A program made the translations under genes and the position numbers. Shown here one piece after another: positions 9,906 through 18,181 of a DNA stretch of 24,379 bases. How positions within the stretch are numbered: the first letter of the stretch is position 1; each line of letters begins with the position of its first letter. The stretch is from a virus (lineage: Duplodnaviria > Caudoviricetes). Under the pieces are notes generated by a model, which was given only the letters and a program-made list of their open reading frames with translations, ran no database searches and was not told the origin of the DNA. The DNA lies in the IMG/VR virus record IMGVR_UViG_3300030329_001583, positions 1 to 24,379 of that record. The stretch is one strand, 5' to 3'.

Positions 9906-10352
9906 CTACCCCAAGAGCGACCATACCTCCCCTGCGTTGATCGCATAGTACTCGTTGCCTTCGGGGAACGTGCGGACTTCCGCCTTGTCCACTAGGGGGC
10001 GTAGTTTCTTGATCGGGAACATGAGTTGCCGATCATGGTGCGAGTCGTGGAGGAACAGGTGCACGGGCATGACGTTGCGGTCCCACCACAGGAGCGCCTG
10101 CCACTTGTCTAACTTCATGTGGACGATCTGTTTGCGTCCGAAGCCTTGCACCTCGACCAGATAGTCGGAAGTCAAATAGTCGGGGGTGTAACGGATCCGT
10201 GGGGGGAGTTTCCACATCGCCAGGGGCGGCCTGTTCAGGCCGAACCGCACGAAGTTGACGGGGCTCCATTCCTCGAAGACGCCTTCTGCCAGGTCGCCCA
10301 TGTCGTTGAATCGTTTGTCGAACGACTGGTCGGCGAACTGGCCGCTGCTCAC
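9906..10352 (-). CDS. Putative PD-(D/E)XK-family nuclease
   Basis: 'YTPDYL...LVEVQG' (Q in place of the usual K) plus an upstream 'GDLAE' helix; GTGA coupling to rusA. Confidence 0.55.
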   Translation of the reverse strand: MSSGQFADQSFDKRFNDMGDLAEGVFEEWSPVNFVRFGLNRPPLAMWKLPPRIRYTPDYLTSDYLVEVQGFGRKQIVHMKLDKWQALLWWDRNVMPVHLFLHDSHHDRQLMFPIKKLRPLVDKAEVRTFPEGNEYYAINAGEVWSLLG

Positions 10353-10696
10353 AGCTTCGTCGCCTCGACGTGGTACACGAGCCTGTCATCAGGGTAGGCG
10401 ATGCCGTTCAAACCGTCCAGCGTCGCCTTGATGGCGTTGTCCAAGTCGAAACGTAGTTTCGACGTGGCGTCGGGCATCTCTTCGATCTCGATGGTCTGAT
10501 AGTCGGGGGTGTATGCGATCCTCATAAGGATCGGCCCTTCAAACCAGGGGCCGTCGTACGCTTCGGCGATTGTCGCCTCGTACTCCAACGTGTCCTTCGG
10601 CGTGTAGACACGGCCACGCCGTGTCATGCGGGGGCGCCCCTTTGGTTTGGGACGCCCCTCAACGATAAAGGCGTGTTCTTTTTTCCGCTTCGGCAT
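10349..10696 (-). CDS. rusA: RusA family Holliday junction resolvase
   Basis: 'GRPKPKGRPR...YTPKDT..YE', 'DLDNAIKATLDGLNGIAYPDDRLV' RusA motifs. Confidence 0.92.
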   Translation of the reverse strand: MPKRKKEHAFIVEGRPKPKGRPRMTRRGRVYTPKDTLEYEATIAEAYDGPWFEGPILMRIAYTPDYQTIEIEEMPDATSKLRFDLDNAIKATLDGLNGIAYPDDRLVYHVEATKL

Positions 10697-11720
10697 CTCG
10701 GAAGGCTTTCTCCGCTAGGTGCTGTAACTGGCGGTGCTGGTCGGGTTGTGGTTTCCCGTTGTAATAGAACTTGCGGGTGAACCTGTCGTCTAGTTCGATG
10801 AGCCACCCCACCACCGCATCCACCGTATGTCCGTCTCGGCACGCAAACGCAGCGAACTTGTACAGCCACCCGTGCCTGCCCTTGCCTGCGCCTTGGTTCT
10901 CGGTGAACGCTGAGATCGGTGGCCCTTCCTCGAACATTTCTCTGAGGCGTCCACGCAGTTTCCCTGAGGCTCCCCGACTTTCATGTGAAAGTCGTGGGGT
11001 GGGCGTCGGCGACGGCGCCTTCAGCAACGCAGCAGCCTTGATGTCTGCGACCTTGGCACGGTTGGCGTTCGCTTCATGCAGGAAGTCTTCCAACCGTATG
11101 GGCGTGCCGTCTTCTTCGATGGCGACCTGCCTGTCCATGCGGGCACGGTTCCCGTAATAGGGGAGCCTCACGAAGTTCCCTGGCGGTCCTGGTAGCGATT
11201 CGCTCTTCGGGAACGGGGAGTCGGTTGGTACCCCTGCGATCTGTTCTGTCGCTTGCAGGCATCGTCGCATGTCGGCGGTTGAGCACCATGTGTCGGGGAA
11301 CACCCATACGTGTGCGCCACCTGAGCGGGTGCGTTCCACCCAAGCGGGGATGCTTTGCGCTGCGAGTACGGCGACGAGGCTGAACGCATAGTCGGCTACC
11401 TCGTCTTCGGTGCCTTGCCCCTTGTGGGATTCGGACTGGGCGTCAATGTCGATGCACCCCCAACTACACACCCACAGTTCGGGCCGCATGTCGGGGTACC
11501 GTCGGTCGTCGTCCCATCCCCGTGGACCCACGTGCTTGTTGGTGGGGTCGTACACCATCGGGTAGATCCCCAACGGCGCCTCCCCGTCGAGGTGCCGTCG
11601 GAAGTGGGCGAGCGTCAGGTCTTCCCAGATTGCTCGGGGACGGTCACCTGCTTCTCCCCATGCGTGGGGGAACCCGTGGAACGTCATGTGGAACCATGAC
11701 GCCAGATCACTAACCGTCAC
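10659..11720 (-). CDS. Archaeo-eukaryotic primase (AEP) / primase-polymerase
   Basis: 'HLDG...LGIYP', CIDID (motif I), 'ERTRSGGAHVWVF' (motif II), 'GNFVRLPY' (motif III), and a PriCT-like C-terminal 'GRHGWLY' segment. Start placed at GTG 11720. Confidence 0.85.
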   Translation of the reverse strand: MTVSDLASWFHMTFHGFPHAWGEAGDRPRAIWEDLTLAHFRRHLDGEAPLGIYPMVYDPTNKHVGPRGWDDDRRYPDMRPELWVCSWGCIDIDAQSESHKGQGTEDEVADYAFSLVAVLAAQSIPAWVERTRSGGAHVWVFPDTWCSTADMRRCLQATEQIAGVPTDSPFPKSESLPGPPGNFVRLPYYGNRARMDRQVAIEEDGTPIRLEDFLHEANANRAKVADIKAAALLKAPSPTPTPRLSHESRGASGKLRGRLREMFEEGPPISAFTENQGAGKGRHGWLYKFAAFACRDGHTVDAVVGWLIELDDRFTRKFYYNGKPQPDQHRQLQHLAEKAFRDAEAEKRTRLYR

Positions 11721-11877
11721 GATGTTCCTTCTGTTCCTGTATGTCGGCGGCTCTGAGTCGTGCCGCCACATAGTCGGCGTGCCAGCCGACGGACACGTCG
11801 TCGTCCCACACCACCCAGCCTGTGCGCGTCAACCCTGCGCCCAGGTAGATGGTTTGCCTCTCCACGGTGACACCCAT
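11710..11877 (-). CDS. Small hypothetical protein (55 aa, MGVTVERQTIYLGAG...)
   Basis: Translated by hand; fills the gap between the upstream gene and the primase. Confidence 0.6.
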   Translation of the reverse strand: MGVTVERQTIYLGAGLTRTGWVVWDDDVSVGWHADYVAARLRAADIQEQKEHRDG

Positions 11878-11878
11878 G

Positions 11879-12154
11879 TCATCCCGCTCCCTGCTTGGCC
11901 AGGATCGCTTCCTTCGTCATCGGCTTGTCCTTTGGCACCCCCGTACCATCCCGATAGGTGGGGAACGGGGAGGGTTTCAGGTCGCCAGCACACATGTTCC
12001 CGATGTAGTAGCGGCGCAACTGGACGTTGCCGACGACACGGGTCAGGTAATGATCCCCTTCTTCACGGTTACTTACCGTGAACGTCAGGCGCCCGTCGTC
12101 GCAGGCGTACATCGCTACGGTCCAATCGTCTAAGTGCACTTTGTATGGTTCCAT
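11879..12154 (-). CDS. Hypothetical protein (MEPYKVHLDD..., 91 aa)
   Basis: TGATG coupling with the helicase stop; GGGGGAG RBS. Confidence 0.65.
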   Translation of the reverse strand: MEPYKVHLDDWTVAMYACDDGRLTFTVSNREEGDHYLTRVVGNVQLRRYYIGNMCAGDLKPSPFPTYRDGTGVPKDKPMTKEAILAKQGAG

Positions 12155-13191
12155 CAAAACTCCCCCTGATCGAGACGGTGCTGGATGACTGTTTCCTCCC
12201 ACGGATCCAACAGCTTGCCCGCCTCGGTGATCTCCATGTTCAACGTGACCTTCTTGCCGTCGAACCTCTTGTTCTTCACCAAGGCTATACCGAACACGTT
12301 TTCCAGATGAGCACGCTCATCGGCAGGCAACGAATCGTCCTCGTGGGGGCGCCACACCGTCAACATGAAGTGCGCCAGATCCTCGCCGCCGTAACGGCCA
12401 GACTCGATGCCCAACGCAGAGCCACGGGAACCCGAACCACGAGAAGCCTGGTGGACGATGATGGTGACCGCATCGTGACGCATACCCAGCGACTTCAACG
12501 CTGAGATGCGGGACGGGTCGTCGCCCAGTTCAGGGTCGTCTAGTTGCGATGCGAAGTCCCAGATGAACACGTCGGCGGGGCGCCCGTATTCTGCGGGCGT
12601 CCACTCTCCGAGGATGTGGTCCGCTACGTCTATCGGCCCGTCCACTTGGTGGCCTGACCGCCGCATCTGTTCGCCGTACTTGGAGAAGGCGGCACGGTCA
12701 ACGATCCGCAGGTTCCGCAGATCCGTCTCCGACTGGTGACGGATCGCGTTCAAGATCTGTTCATCGCCCTTGCGGGCCAGGTCGTACACGACACGGGGGC
12801 TCTTGTTCAACCTGATACTCAGGACGCGTGACAGAACCATCAGGTCTGGTTCGTCGGGCGTCATCCACATGACAAGGTTGTTCGGGTTGCGGGCCACGGC
12901 GTTGATGATCAACACCGTCTTGCCCGTGTGCGCCTTCCCCGCCACGATCATGCACTCGCGCTTCTTCAACCCGCCGCCCAGAGCGTCGTCTATGTCGTGT
13001 ACCCCGAGGGGCCACTTGTTCGACAGGTCGGCGGCGTCTTCGATGAGACGCTCCGCTATGTCGAGGCAGGTCGGCAGGCTAGGGACGGCGACAGGGCGGG
13101 CTGGTTCATCGGGGGAGAGAGGACTCGAATCCCCAGCCCGCGCCTGTCGCACCCGCGCCTGAGCCTCATCGAGGGTCAGCCGCGTGGTCAT
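12154..13191 (-). CDS. DnaB-like (SF4, RecA-fold) replicative helicase
   Basis: 'GVHDIDDALGGGL', Walker A AGKAHTGKT, Walker B FIWDF, 'IVHQASR', and C-terminal 'LVKNKR' arginine-finger motif. Confidence 0.85.
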   Translation of the reverse strand: MTTRLTLDEAQARVRQARAGDSSPLSPDEPARPVAVPSLPTCLDIAERLIEDAADLSNKWPLGVHDIDDALGGGLKKRECMIVAGKAHTGKTVLIINAVARNPNNLVMWMTPDEPDLMVLSRVLSIRLNKSPRVVYDLARKGDEQILNAIRHQSETDLRNLRIVDRAAFSKYGEQMRRSGHQVDGPIDVADHILGEWTPAEYGRPADVFIWDFASQLDDPELGDDPSRISALKSLGMRHDAVTIIVHQASRGSGSRGSALGIESGRYGGEDLAHFMLTVWRPHEDDSLPADERAHLENVFGIALVKNKRFDGKKVTLNMEITEAGKLLDPWEETVIQHRLDQGEF

Positions 13192-13192
13192 G

Positions 13193-13780
13193 TCACCTCA
13201 CGTAGGCGGGAGGCCGCGTGAACGATGACGGGAGTTTTCCGAAGTCGATGGCGTAGCCAGCGTACTCCACCAGAGACGGCCCCCACTCGCCATTCAGGCG
13301 GTCGGCGGGCTTGACCTTGGCGTCGGGGTAGGTCGCCACGTTGGTGATCTTTCGACCGTTGACCTCGCCGACAGACTTGGCGCTCTGGTTGCAGTAGAAG
13401 TTCGAGTCTCCCGACCCGAACGTGATGCCGCTGAGGCGCTCGTACTCGATGGCGTTCGTCACCGTGTCGAAGGCGTCCTCCCTGATCCAGTTGGACTTGG
13501 GGCGGGCACCGCTGGAAGGCGCTGAGGGCGGCGTAGGAGCCGCCTGAGGCGCCGCTGGCGGCGTCGGTGGGGTCGGGGCTGCCTGAACCCCTGGGATCGC
13601 CTGAGCGACGATCTGTGTGGCTACGGCGGCAAACGTGTTTTCGTTCACGATGCCGTGCATGTCAGCCCAGTTCGCACGCACGTCCTCATACGAGAACGAA
13701 CCCGACTCCACTAGGGCTGCCATTACCTGTGCCGTCGCAGAGTTACAGTTCTGCGCGACTATCAACTTGTCCTTATCCAT
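13193..13780 (-). CDS. Hypothetical protein, possible ssDNA-binding/recombination accessory factor
   Basis: Two domains joined by a Pro/Ala linker; lies between nuclease and helicase; GGAGG RBS before ATG 13780. Function is positional inference. Confidence 0.5.
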   Translation of the reverse strand: MDKDKLIVAQNCNSATAQVMAALVESGSFSYEDVRANWADMHGIVNENTFAAVATQIVAQAIPGVQAAPTPPTPPAAPQAAPTPPSAPSSGARPKSNWIREDAFDTVTNAIEYERLSGITFGSGDSNFYCNQSAKSVGEVNGRKITNVATYPDAKVKPADRLNGEWGPSLVEYAGYAIDFGKLPSSFTRPPAYVR

Positions 13781-14615
13781 TCGCATCCTCCGATGCTGCT
13801 GTGCTTCCTTTGCAAACAGACCAGCACGGCGCCCACTTCTCTGAGCACCACCAGCCTGCATCATTCAACGGCCAAACCTTCAGGCTTGGCTGTTCCACGA
13901 GGCGGCTCGCCGCCTCGACCTTGCGTCGCAGGAACTGGAAGTCCTGCTCGCCTCGTTCAATCGTCATGGACGACACTTCACCCTTCGTGCCGTGCATCAC
14001 GTAGAACGTCATCGTGTCACGTCCCGTCGCCCAACAGTACGTAGTGGACTGGATGTCCCACCTGTCGTACTCCCACCTGTTCCTCGTATAGTCGCGCTTC
14101 GGGAACTTCCAATCGACCAGACCCATGTTGCTATCTATCAGGTCGATTCGTCCCGTCAGCCGAACGACACGCTCGTCGTCCTCGAACAGCACCTGGTCGA
14201 AGCCGACCTCAACGCCGACAGGGGTCAACCCTGGATACACCTGCTCGTACCACGAGTCCAACTTGGTGGCGCCGACCTCCTCAAGGTCGGCGCGAGACTT
14301 GTAACTGTTCCACTTGGTGATCGTCGGAACGAGTTCATCCAACTCGTGGCCGAACCGCTCATGGAGGGCGGTATAGGTTTCGTCGCCGAGGTGGATCGGG
14401 GCAGCGGACATCCCCTCAGGGATGGTGATGAGGTACTCGACGGCGTTGTGGCATGCCGTACCCAGCACCGAAGCGTCCCCTTCGGGATCGTCCACGGCGC
14501 CCGTCCACATCAGGCGTGCCCGTTCAGGGCACATGTCCAACGTCTTCAGGTCAGACTGATGCCACGTATGATGCCAGCGTCCGTCTTCGGCATCGAAGTA
14601 ATGCTCTTCGTTCAT
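13773..14615 (-). CDS. Cas4/RecB-like PD-(D/E)XK exonuclease
   Basis: 'S.L.....CP', GTACH, 'LTGRIDLID...LVDWK', 'Q...Y' and C-terminal Cys residues (WWCSEKWAPCWSVC). Confidence 0.85.
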   Translation of the reverse strand: MNEEHYFDAEDGRWHHTWHQSDLKTLDMCPERARLMWTGAVDDPEGDASVLGTACHNAVEYLITIPEGMSAAPIHLGDETYTALHERFGHELDELVPTITKWNSYKSRADLEEVGATKLDSWYEQVYPGLTPVGVEVGFDQVLFEDDERVVRLTGRIDLIDSNMGLVDWKFPKRDYTRNRWEYDRWDIQSTTYCWATGRDTMTFYVMHGTKGEVSSMTIERGEQDFQFLRRKVEAASRLVEQPSLKVWPLNDAGWWCSEKWAPCWSVCKGSTAASEDANG

Positions 14616-14633
14616 CTCTCTCTCCTGTGGGCC

Positions 14634-14699
14634 AGGGCTAGCAGGCCCACCCCCTAAGGGGTGGGCCGCTGGCCTGCTTGCCTGCTAGCAGCCAGTATA
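14634..14699 (-). promoter_or_regulatory. Putative -10 element (TATACT) followed by a structured leader of the replication operon
   Basis: TATACT at 14694-14699 (minus). Perfect 10-bp stem 14644-14653/14658-14667. Outer inverted repeat 14637-14646/14680-14689. No recognisable -35. Confidence 0.55.
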
Positions 14700-14729
14700 C
14701 ACGCGAGCTGGTGACAGGCTGGTGGATGG

Positions 14730-15125
14730 TTACTGGTTGGCTGTTTCCCGCGCCTGCGAGGTGGGACGGGTCGGCACCTCATACGGTGCGTTGAGGCGGC
14801 TCGGTGGGTGCTTCGGCAGGAACCGCATGCCGAGGGTGTGGCCGAAGTGGTGTTCCTCCGCCCACGCCTCGATCATCCCGACGGCACCCAACGCCTGGAT
14901 GGCGTTGTTGACAGTCCCCTGCCTGCCCCGTCGGATGCGTGACGCATCGACAACGGCGTCCCTGCGGCGGTCATAGGTGACCGACGTGGACGACAGGGCT
15001 TCGCCTGGTTTGTTGACGGCGGCTTGAGCGAGGCGCCACAGCGCCTTGGTTCGTGCCGTCTTGTACCCTCGTTGCCTGTCCGACCCGTGGGGGACGGAGT
15101 TGGATGGAATGATTTCGTTACTCAC
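14730..15125 (-). CDS. Basic hypothetical protein
   Basis: GTG start with GAAGGGAG RBS inside ORF 14730..15227. Confidence 0.6.
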   Translation of the reverse strand: MSNEIIPSNSVPHGSDRQRGYKTARTKALWRLAQAAVNKPGEALSSTSVTYDRRRDAVVDASRIRRGRQGTVNNAIQALGAVGMIEAWAEEHHFGHTLGMRFLPKHPPSRLNAPYEVPTRPTSQARETANQ

Positions 15126-15168
15126 TGTTGTTCTCCCTTCAAGGAAGTGCCGTTGTCGTTTCATCAGG

Positions 15169-15396
15169 TCATTCATCTTCGGTCGGGAACGTGATGATCT
15201 CAGCTCCCTCTTCGTCATTTCGTGCAAGGTGCTGCTTCACTTCTTCCACCACCTTGCCTTGCACTTCGAGGAAGTCCCCGAGGCGCATTGTCATGTCGTG
15301 AACCAGGTCGAGTAACCCGATCCACATGGAGGGGATGACGTGGGCGTAGAACGCTTCCATCGACATCTCGTCCTCTGCTTCTTCTTCGTCACTCAT
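15169..15396 (-). CDS. Acidic hypothetical protein (75 aa)
   Basis: GGAGGTG RBS; overlaps the upstream stop. Confidence 0.65.
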   Translation of the reverse strand: MSDEEEAEDEMSMEAFYAHVIPSMWIGLLDLVHDMTMRLGDFLEVQGKVVEEVKQHLARNDEEGAEIITFPTEDE

Positions 15397-15541
15397 CTTC
15401 TGTCACCTCCAGTGACACCACTTGTGCTTTCGATGTCTGCCATCGGCCAGTCACCACGCCCCCGTCTTCATCGACGTGGAACGGGATCATCCCCGACAGC
15501 AGCACCTCGTACTTCAGTTGCAGGTTCTTCTTCTGGCTCAT
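15389..15541 (-). CDS. Small hypothetical protein (50 aa, MSQKKNLQLKYEVLLSG...)
   Basis: Translated by hand; GAAGGGAGAGG upstream. Confidence 0.6.
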   Translation of the reverse strand: MSQKKNLQLKYEVLLSGMIPFHVDEDGGVVTGRWQTSKAQVVSLEVTEDE

Positions 15542-15647
15542 CCTCTCCCTTCCATTTCTTCCTCAGCATTATTGCGTCGGCCTCTCGTAGCGCAAGCAGT
15601 TGGTTGCGTGTCCACGTCACGTCCTCCCCCGTCGGGCGAATCGACAT
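15468..15647 (-). CDS. Small hypothetical protein (59 aa, MSIRPTGEDVTW...)
   Basis: GAGGAG RBS, ATG 2 nt after the upstream stop; overlaps the next gene by 74 bp. Confidence 0.5.
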   Translation of the reverse strand: MSIRPTGEDVTWTRNQLLALREADAIMLRKKWKGEDEPEEEPATEVRGAAVGDDPVPRR

Positions 15648-15649
15648 CG

Positions 15650-15871
15650 TTACTCCTCGTCATCTTCTAGGAACATCTTGTCCCAACATAGGGCACAGTA
15701 GTACCCGAACTTGTTGCGGGCACCCATCACCAACTCACGCTCAGACGCAGACAGGTCAGGGAACAGTTTCTGCACCAGCCCCTCCCTCAGCACGAACTGG
15801 CTGTACGCCAGGCTGTCCACCTCCAAGGACTGTTCCTCGTCGCACTCCCCGCACCTAGCCTTGATCTTCAT
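15650..15871 (-). CDS. Small CxxC...CxxC (probable zinc-binding) protein
   Basis: CGEC and CALC; ATGA overlap with the methyltransferase stop; AGGAGAG RBS. Confidence 0.7.
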   Translation of the reverse strand: MKIKARCGECDEEQSLEVDSLAYSQFVLREGLVQKLFPDLSASERELVMGARNKFGYYCALCWDKMFLEDDEE

Positions 15872-16824
15872 GTCTTCTCTCCTGTCTGTTTGAGCAGCCA
15901 CCCGTATGCGGCTGCCGCTTGTTGCGGGACAACACCGTTGCCCAACATCTTCAACTCCTGGGAGCGGGACAGACCCACGCTTGTCACCCACCCATCAGGT
16001 AAACCCATCATCCATTCCACGAACCGTGACGACAGCTTGCTGTCGGTCACTGGGGCGGGGGCGCATCGTCCACTGGCCCACTCCCATCGGGCGATGGCGT
16101 CGGCATAGTCTCCCCACCCAACTTGGCTGCCACCACGTTCAGGGGATCTGAGTTTCTGTTCCACTGGGACGGACCCGCATTGTTCGCCCCGTCCTGGGCT
16201 GTCGGCGTCGGCAACAGACGCTGCACCTCTATCGACAGGGACTTGCCGTGCGGTGCGTGCCTGCCGTCCGCCGCCTTCTGGTTGGGTGCCCACGCATCCC
16301 ACCACTCCACCGTCTTGTTGGCCCCCATGTCGTTCACCACTGGCGTAGGCAACACAGAACCATCGTTCCCTGCGATGGCAGGCACCCACTGACTGGTCGG
16401 CTCGTATACATGCCCATTCCGCATTGAAGCCTCCTTCGGCCAACGCATCGAGGACTTGCCCGAAGGCATCACCTTGGTTGGCGGTGAGCACACCCCGCAC
16501 GTTCTCCAAGAAGATCCATTGTGCGCCTGCTCGTTCTGCCACAGAGACGACATCCCTGATCAACCACCTTCCATCATCTATTCCTGCCCGCCTCCCAGCA
16601 TGGGACACGGGCTGACAAGGGAACCCCGCCGTGATCGCATCCACCCGTGGTGGATCGGCGATCTCAGCCAGGTCACCCAAGTTCGGTACCCCGAACCGTG
16701 CATCCAACACGGCAGAGGCATGCTTGTCTGTCTCCGACACCCACACCAGGTCGGTGTCGATGCCTGCTAGTTGCAGCCCCAGTTCGAGGCCGCCGTACCC
16801 TGCACACAGGGCTCCTACCCGCAC
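15868..16824 (-). CDS. C5 cytosine DNA methyltransferase
   Basis: Motif I (LCAGYGG), IV (AGFPCQ), VI (LENV), VIII (HRRERWF), IX/X (EWMMGLP...LGNGVVP). GTG start coupled to the upstream TAG. Confidence 0.93.
   Translation of the reverse strand: MRVGALCAGYGGLELGLQLAGIDTDLVWVSETDKHASAVLDARFGVPNLGDLAEIADPPRVDAITAGFPCQPVSHAGRRAGIDDGRWLIRDVVSVAERAGAQWIFLENVRGVLTANQGDAFGQVLDALAEGGFNAEWACIRADQSVGACHRRERWFCVAYASGERHGGQQDGGVVGCVGTQPEGGGRQARTARQVPVDRGAASVADADSPGRGEQCGSVPVEQKLRSPERGGSQVGWGDYADAIARWEWASGRCAPAPVTDSKLSSRFVEWMMGLPDGWVTSVGLSRSQELKMLGNGVVPQQAAAAYGWLLKQTGEKT
16047..16553 (-). CDS. Nested alternate-frame protein inside the methyltransferase gene (M.EcoHK31I beta-like arrangement)
   Basis: 168-aa same-strand ORF with 'SSWRT...WPKEASMRNGHVY' and repeated (L/M)PTP motifs that I recognise from phage C5-MTase-associated sequences. 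Confidence 0.6.
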   Translation of the reverse strand: MSSLWQNEQAHNGSSWRTCGVCSPPTKVMPSGKSSMRWPKEASMRNGHVYEPTSQWVPAIAGNDGSVLPTPVVNDMGANKTVEWWDAWAPNQKAADGRHAPHGKSLSIEVQRLLPTPTAQDGANNAGPSQWNRNSDPLNVVAAKLGGETMPTPSPDGSGPVDDAPPPQ

Positions 16825-17255
16825 TACCCCTTCACCTCCACCCACTCAACTGGCTTCGGGGAGAATTCCTTCACCCCGTCGGGGCCGAACTCCCACCTCC
16901 ACCTGGCGCCGTCCTCACCAGACCACTCCATGTAGCCCGTCATCAGATCGGCGATGGTGAAGATGAACAAGTCTTCCTGCCCAGCCTTGGAGTCGTATTC
17001 CTCGAACACCAAGTCGTCGGACTCGTCACTGAACCAGAACCCCAAGTCCACGAGTATGGCCTTCGCATCAGCGCACGTATCGGGATAGTTCGGGTCCATC
17101 CACGAGAACCACTTCTTCTCCCCGTCGGGGCCGATGCTGCCGCCACGCTTGCGCTCGTCACGGTCATTCAGCGCACACATGCGTTCATATGCCTCCGCAT
17201 GGTGCTTCTTCGGGAGCACAGCGGTGCTGTCCTCCAACCTCACGTAGTAACCCAC
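16824..17255 (-). CDS. Hypothetical protein (143 aa)
   Basis: AAAGGAG RBS, GTG start, coupled to the methyltransferase. Confidence 0.75.
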   Translation of the reverse strand: MGYYVRLEDSTAVLPKKHHAEAYERMCALNDRDERKRGGSIGPDGEKKWFSWMDPNYPDTCADAKAILVDLGFWFSDESDDLVFEEYDSKAGQEDLFIFTIADLMTGYMEWSGEDGARWRWEFGPDGVKEFSPKPVEWVEVKG

Positions 17256-17529
17256 GTCACTCTCTCCTTTGTTTGGTTATCCCGTCCACCGTTCGGTGAA
17301 CGCTTCCTCGGCCCGCTCGATGGTGGAGTGGTAGTCCCCACCGAAGCAGTCCCAAGACTGGTTGTCATCCGACGCCATGCTCCACACCACATACGGATGC
17401 AGGTCATTGTTCGGAAGGTGCGCCAACACCTTCCCCAGGTAGGCGCGCAGACCGTCGCCTCCCCTGCGGACAGACCACTTCAATGGCTGGCCGCCGTTCG
17501 CTAGCACAATCATGTCACTCTCTCCTTTG
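17256..17529 (-). repeat. Exact 16-bp start-associated direct repeat CAAAGGAGAGAGTGAC (copies 17256-17271 and 17514-17529)
   Basis: Both copies immediately precede start codons of consecutive genes. Confidence 0.8.
17277..17513 (-). CDS. Hypothetical protein (MIVLANGG..., 78 aa)
   Basis: ATG directly after the 16-bp RBS repeat. Confidence 0.7.
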   Translation of the reverse strand: MIVLANGGQPLKWSVRRGGDGLRAYLGKVLAHLPNNDLHPYVVWSMASDDNQSWDCFGGDYHSTIERAEEAFTERWTG

Positions 17530-17533
17530 CTTG

Positions 17534-17920
17534 TCAGCCGACCTGCATCAAATCGCCACAGATCGAACACGAATAGGCGTCACCCAACGGGCCATCAGTT
17601 GTCTCGTGATCCCACGGCACCTCATAGCAGTTGTGTTCAGCCACCTTCCTGGCCCTGATGCGGGCCAGTGCCTCTGCCCTGTCGTCATCCAACATCTGTT
17701 GGACTGACGGATCAGACATGTCCATGTACCCAGTCATAGCAACTCCTCCAACTGTGCGAGCACAGCCGTCTACGTCGGCCTCGGTGATTGGACAGCCCGA
17801 CTTGCACGACGGGCCGTCCTCGACGATGTCGCCGCAGAGGCGGCACCGTGGAACGGTGTCGTGGATGCCGACGGTTTCTACGGTCGGCCTCCCACTGATT
17901 ATGGCGTGCGGTTCACTCAT
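17534..17920 (-). CDS. Cys-rich hypothetical protein with a possible internal start at 17737
   Basis: GAGGAGG RBS before ATG 17920; second GGAGGAG RBS before in-frame ATG 17737; CxxC motifs in both halves. Confidence 0.55.
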   Translation of the reverse strand: MSEPHAIISGRPTVETVGIHDTVPRCRLCGDIVEDGPSCKSGCPITEADVDGCARTVGGVAMTGYMDMSDPSVQQMLDDDRAEALARIRARKVAEHNCYEVPWDHETTDGPLGDAYSCSICGDLMQVG

Positions 17921-18044
17921 GTCTTTCCTCCTCACGGCGCACCAACTCGGCACGCCCCTCCTCCAACTTCATCTCCAACTCCTCGCACAAACCTTCCAGT
18001 TCATCGATAGAGATGAGTGTCAGGTCTTCCAGCCACATGCTCAT
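17913..18044 (-). CDS. Small acidic helical protein (43 aa, MSMWLEDLTL...)
   Basis: Translated by hand; ATGA coupling. Confidence 0.6.
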   Translation of the reverse strand: MSMWLEDLTLISIDELEGLCEELEMKLEEGRAELVRREEERHE

Positions 18045-18172
18045 AGCCAGTCCACCAGGTCGCCGTCAGCAATCTCGCTGTAGTCCAACCCCTTCCAATC
18101 AGCGATGGCCTGCCACACCGACTCCTCCGTATAAGGACGGTCGGGATCGTGGTAATCCTGCCAACTCTCCAT
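18041..18172 (-). CDS. Small acidic protein (43 aa, MESWQDYHDP...)
   Basis: Translated by hand; GGGGAGAG RBS. Confidence 0.6.
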   Translation of the reverse strand: MESWQDYHDPDRPYTEESVWQAIADWKGLDYSEIADGDLVDWL

Positions 18173-18181
18173 GTCTCTCCC

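Noticed and set aside
15389-15541. Suspected frameshift at a G run in a small gene
   Set aside because: On recount the run has five G and the 50-aa frame is intact.
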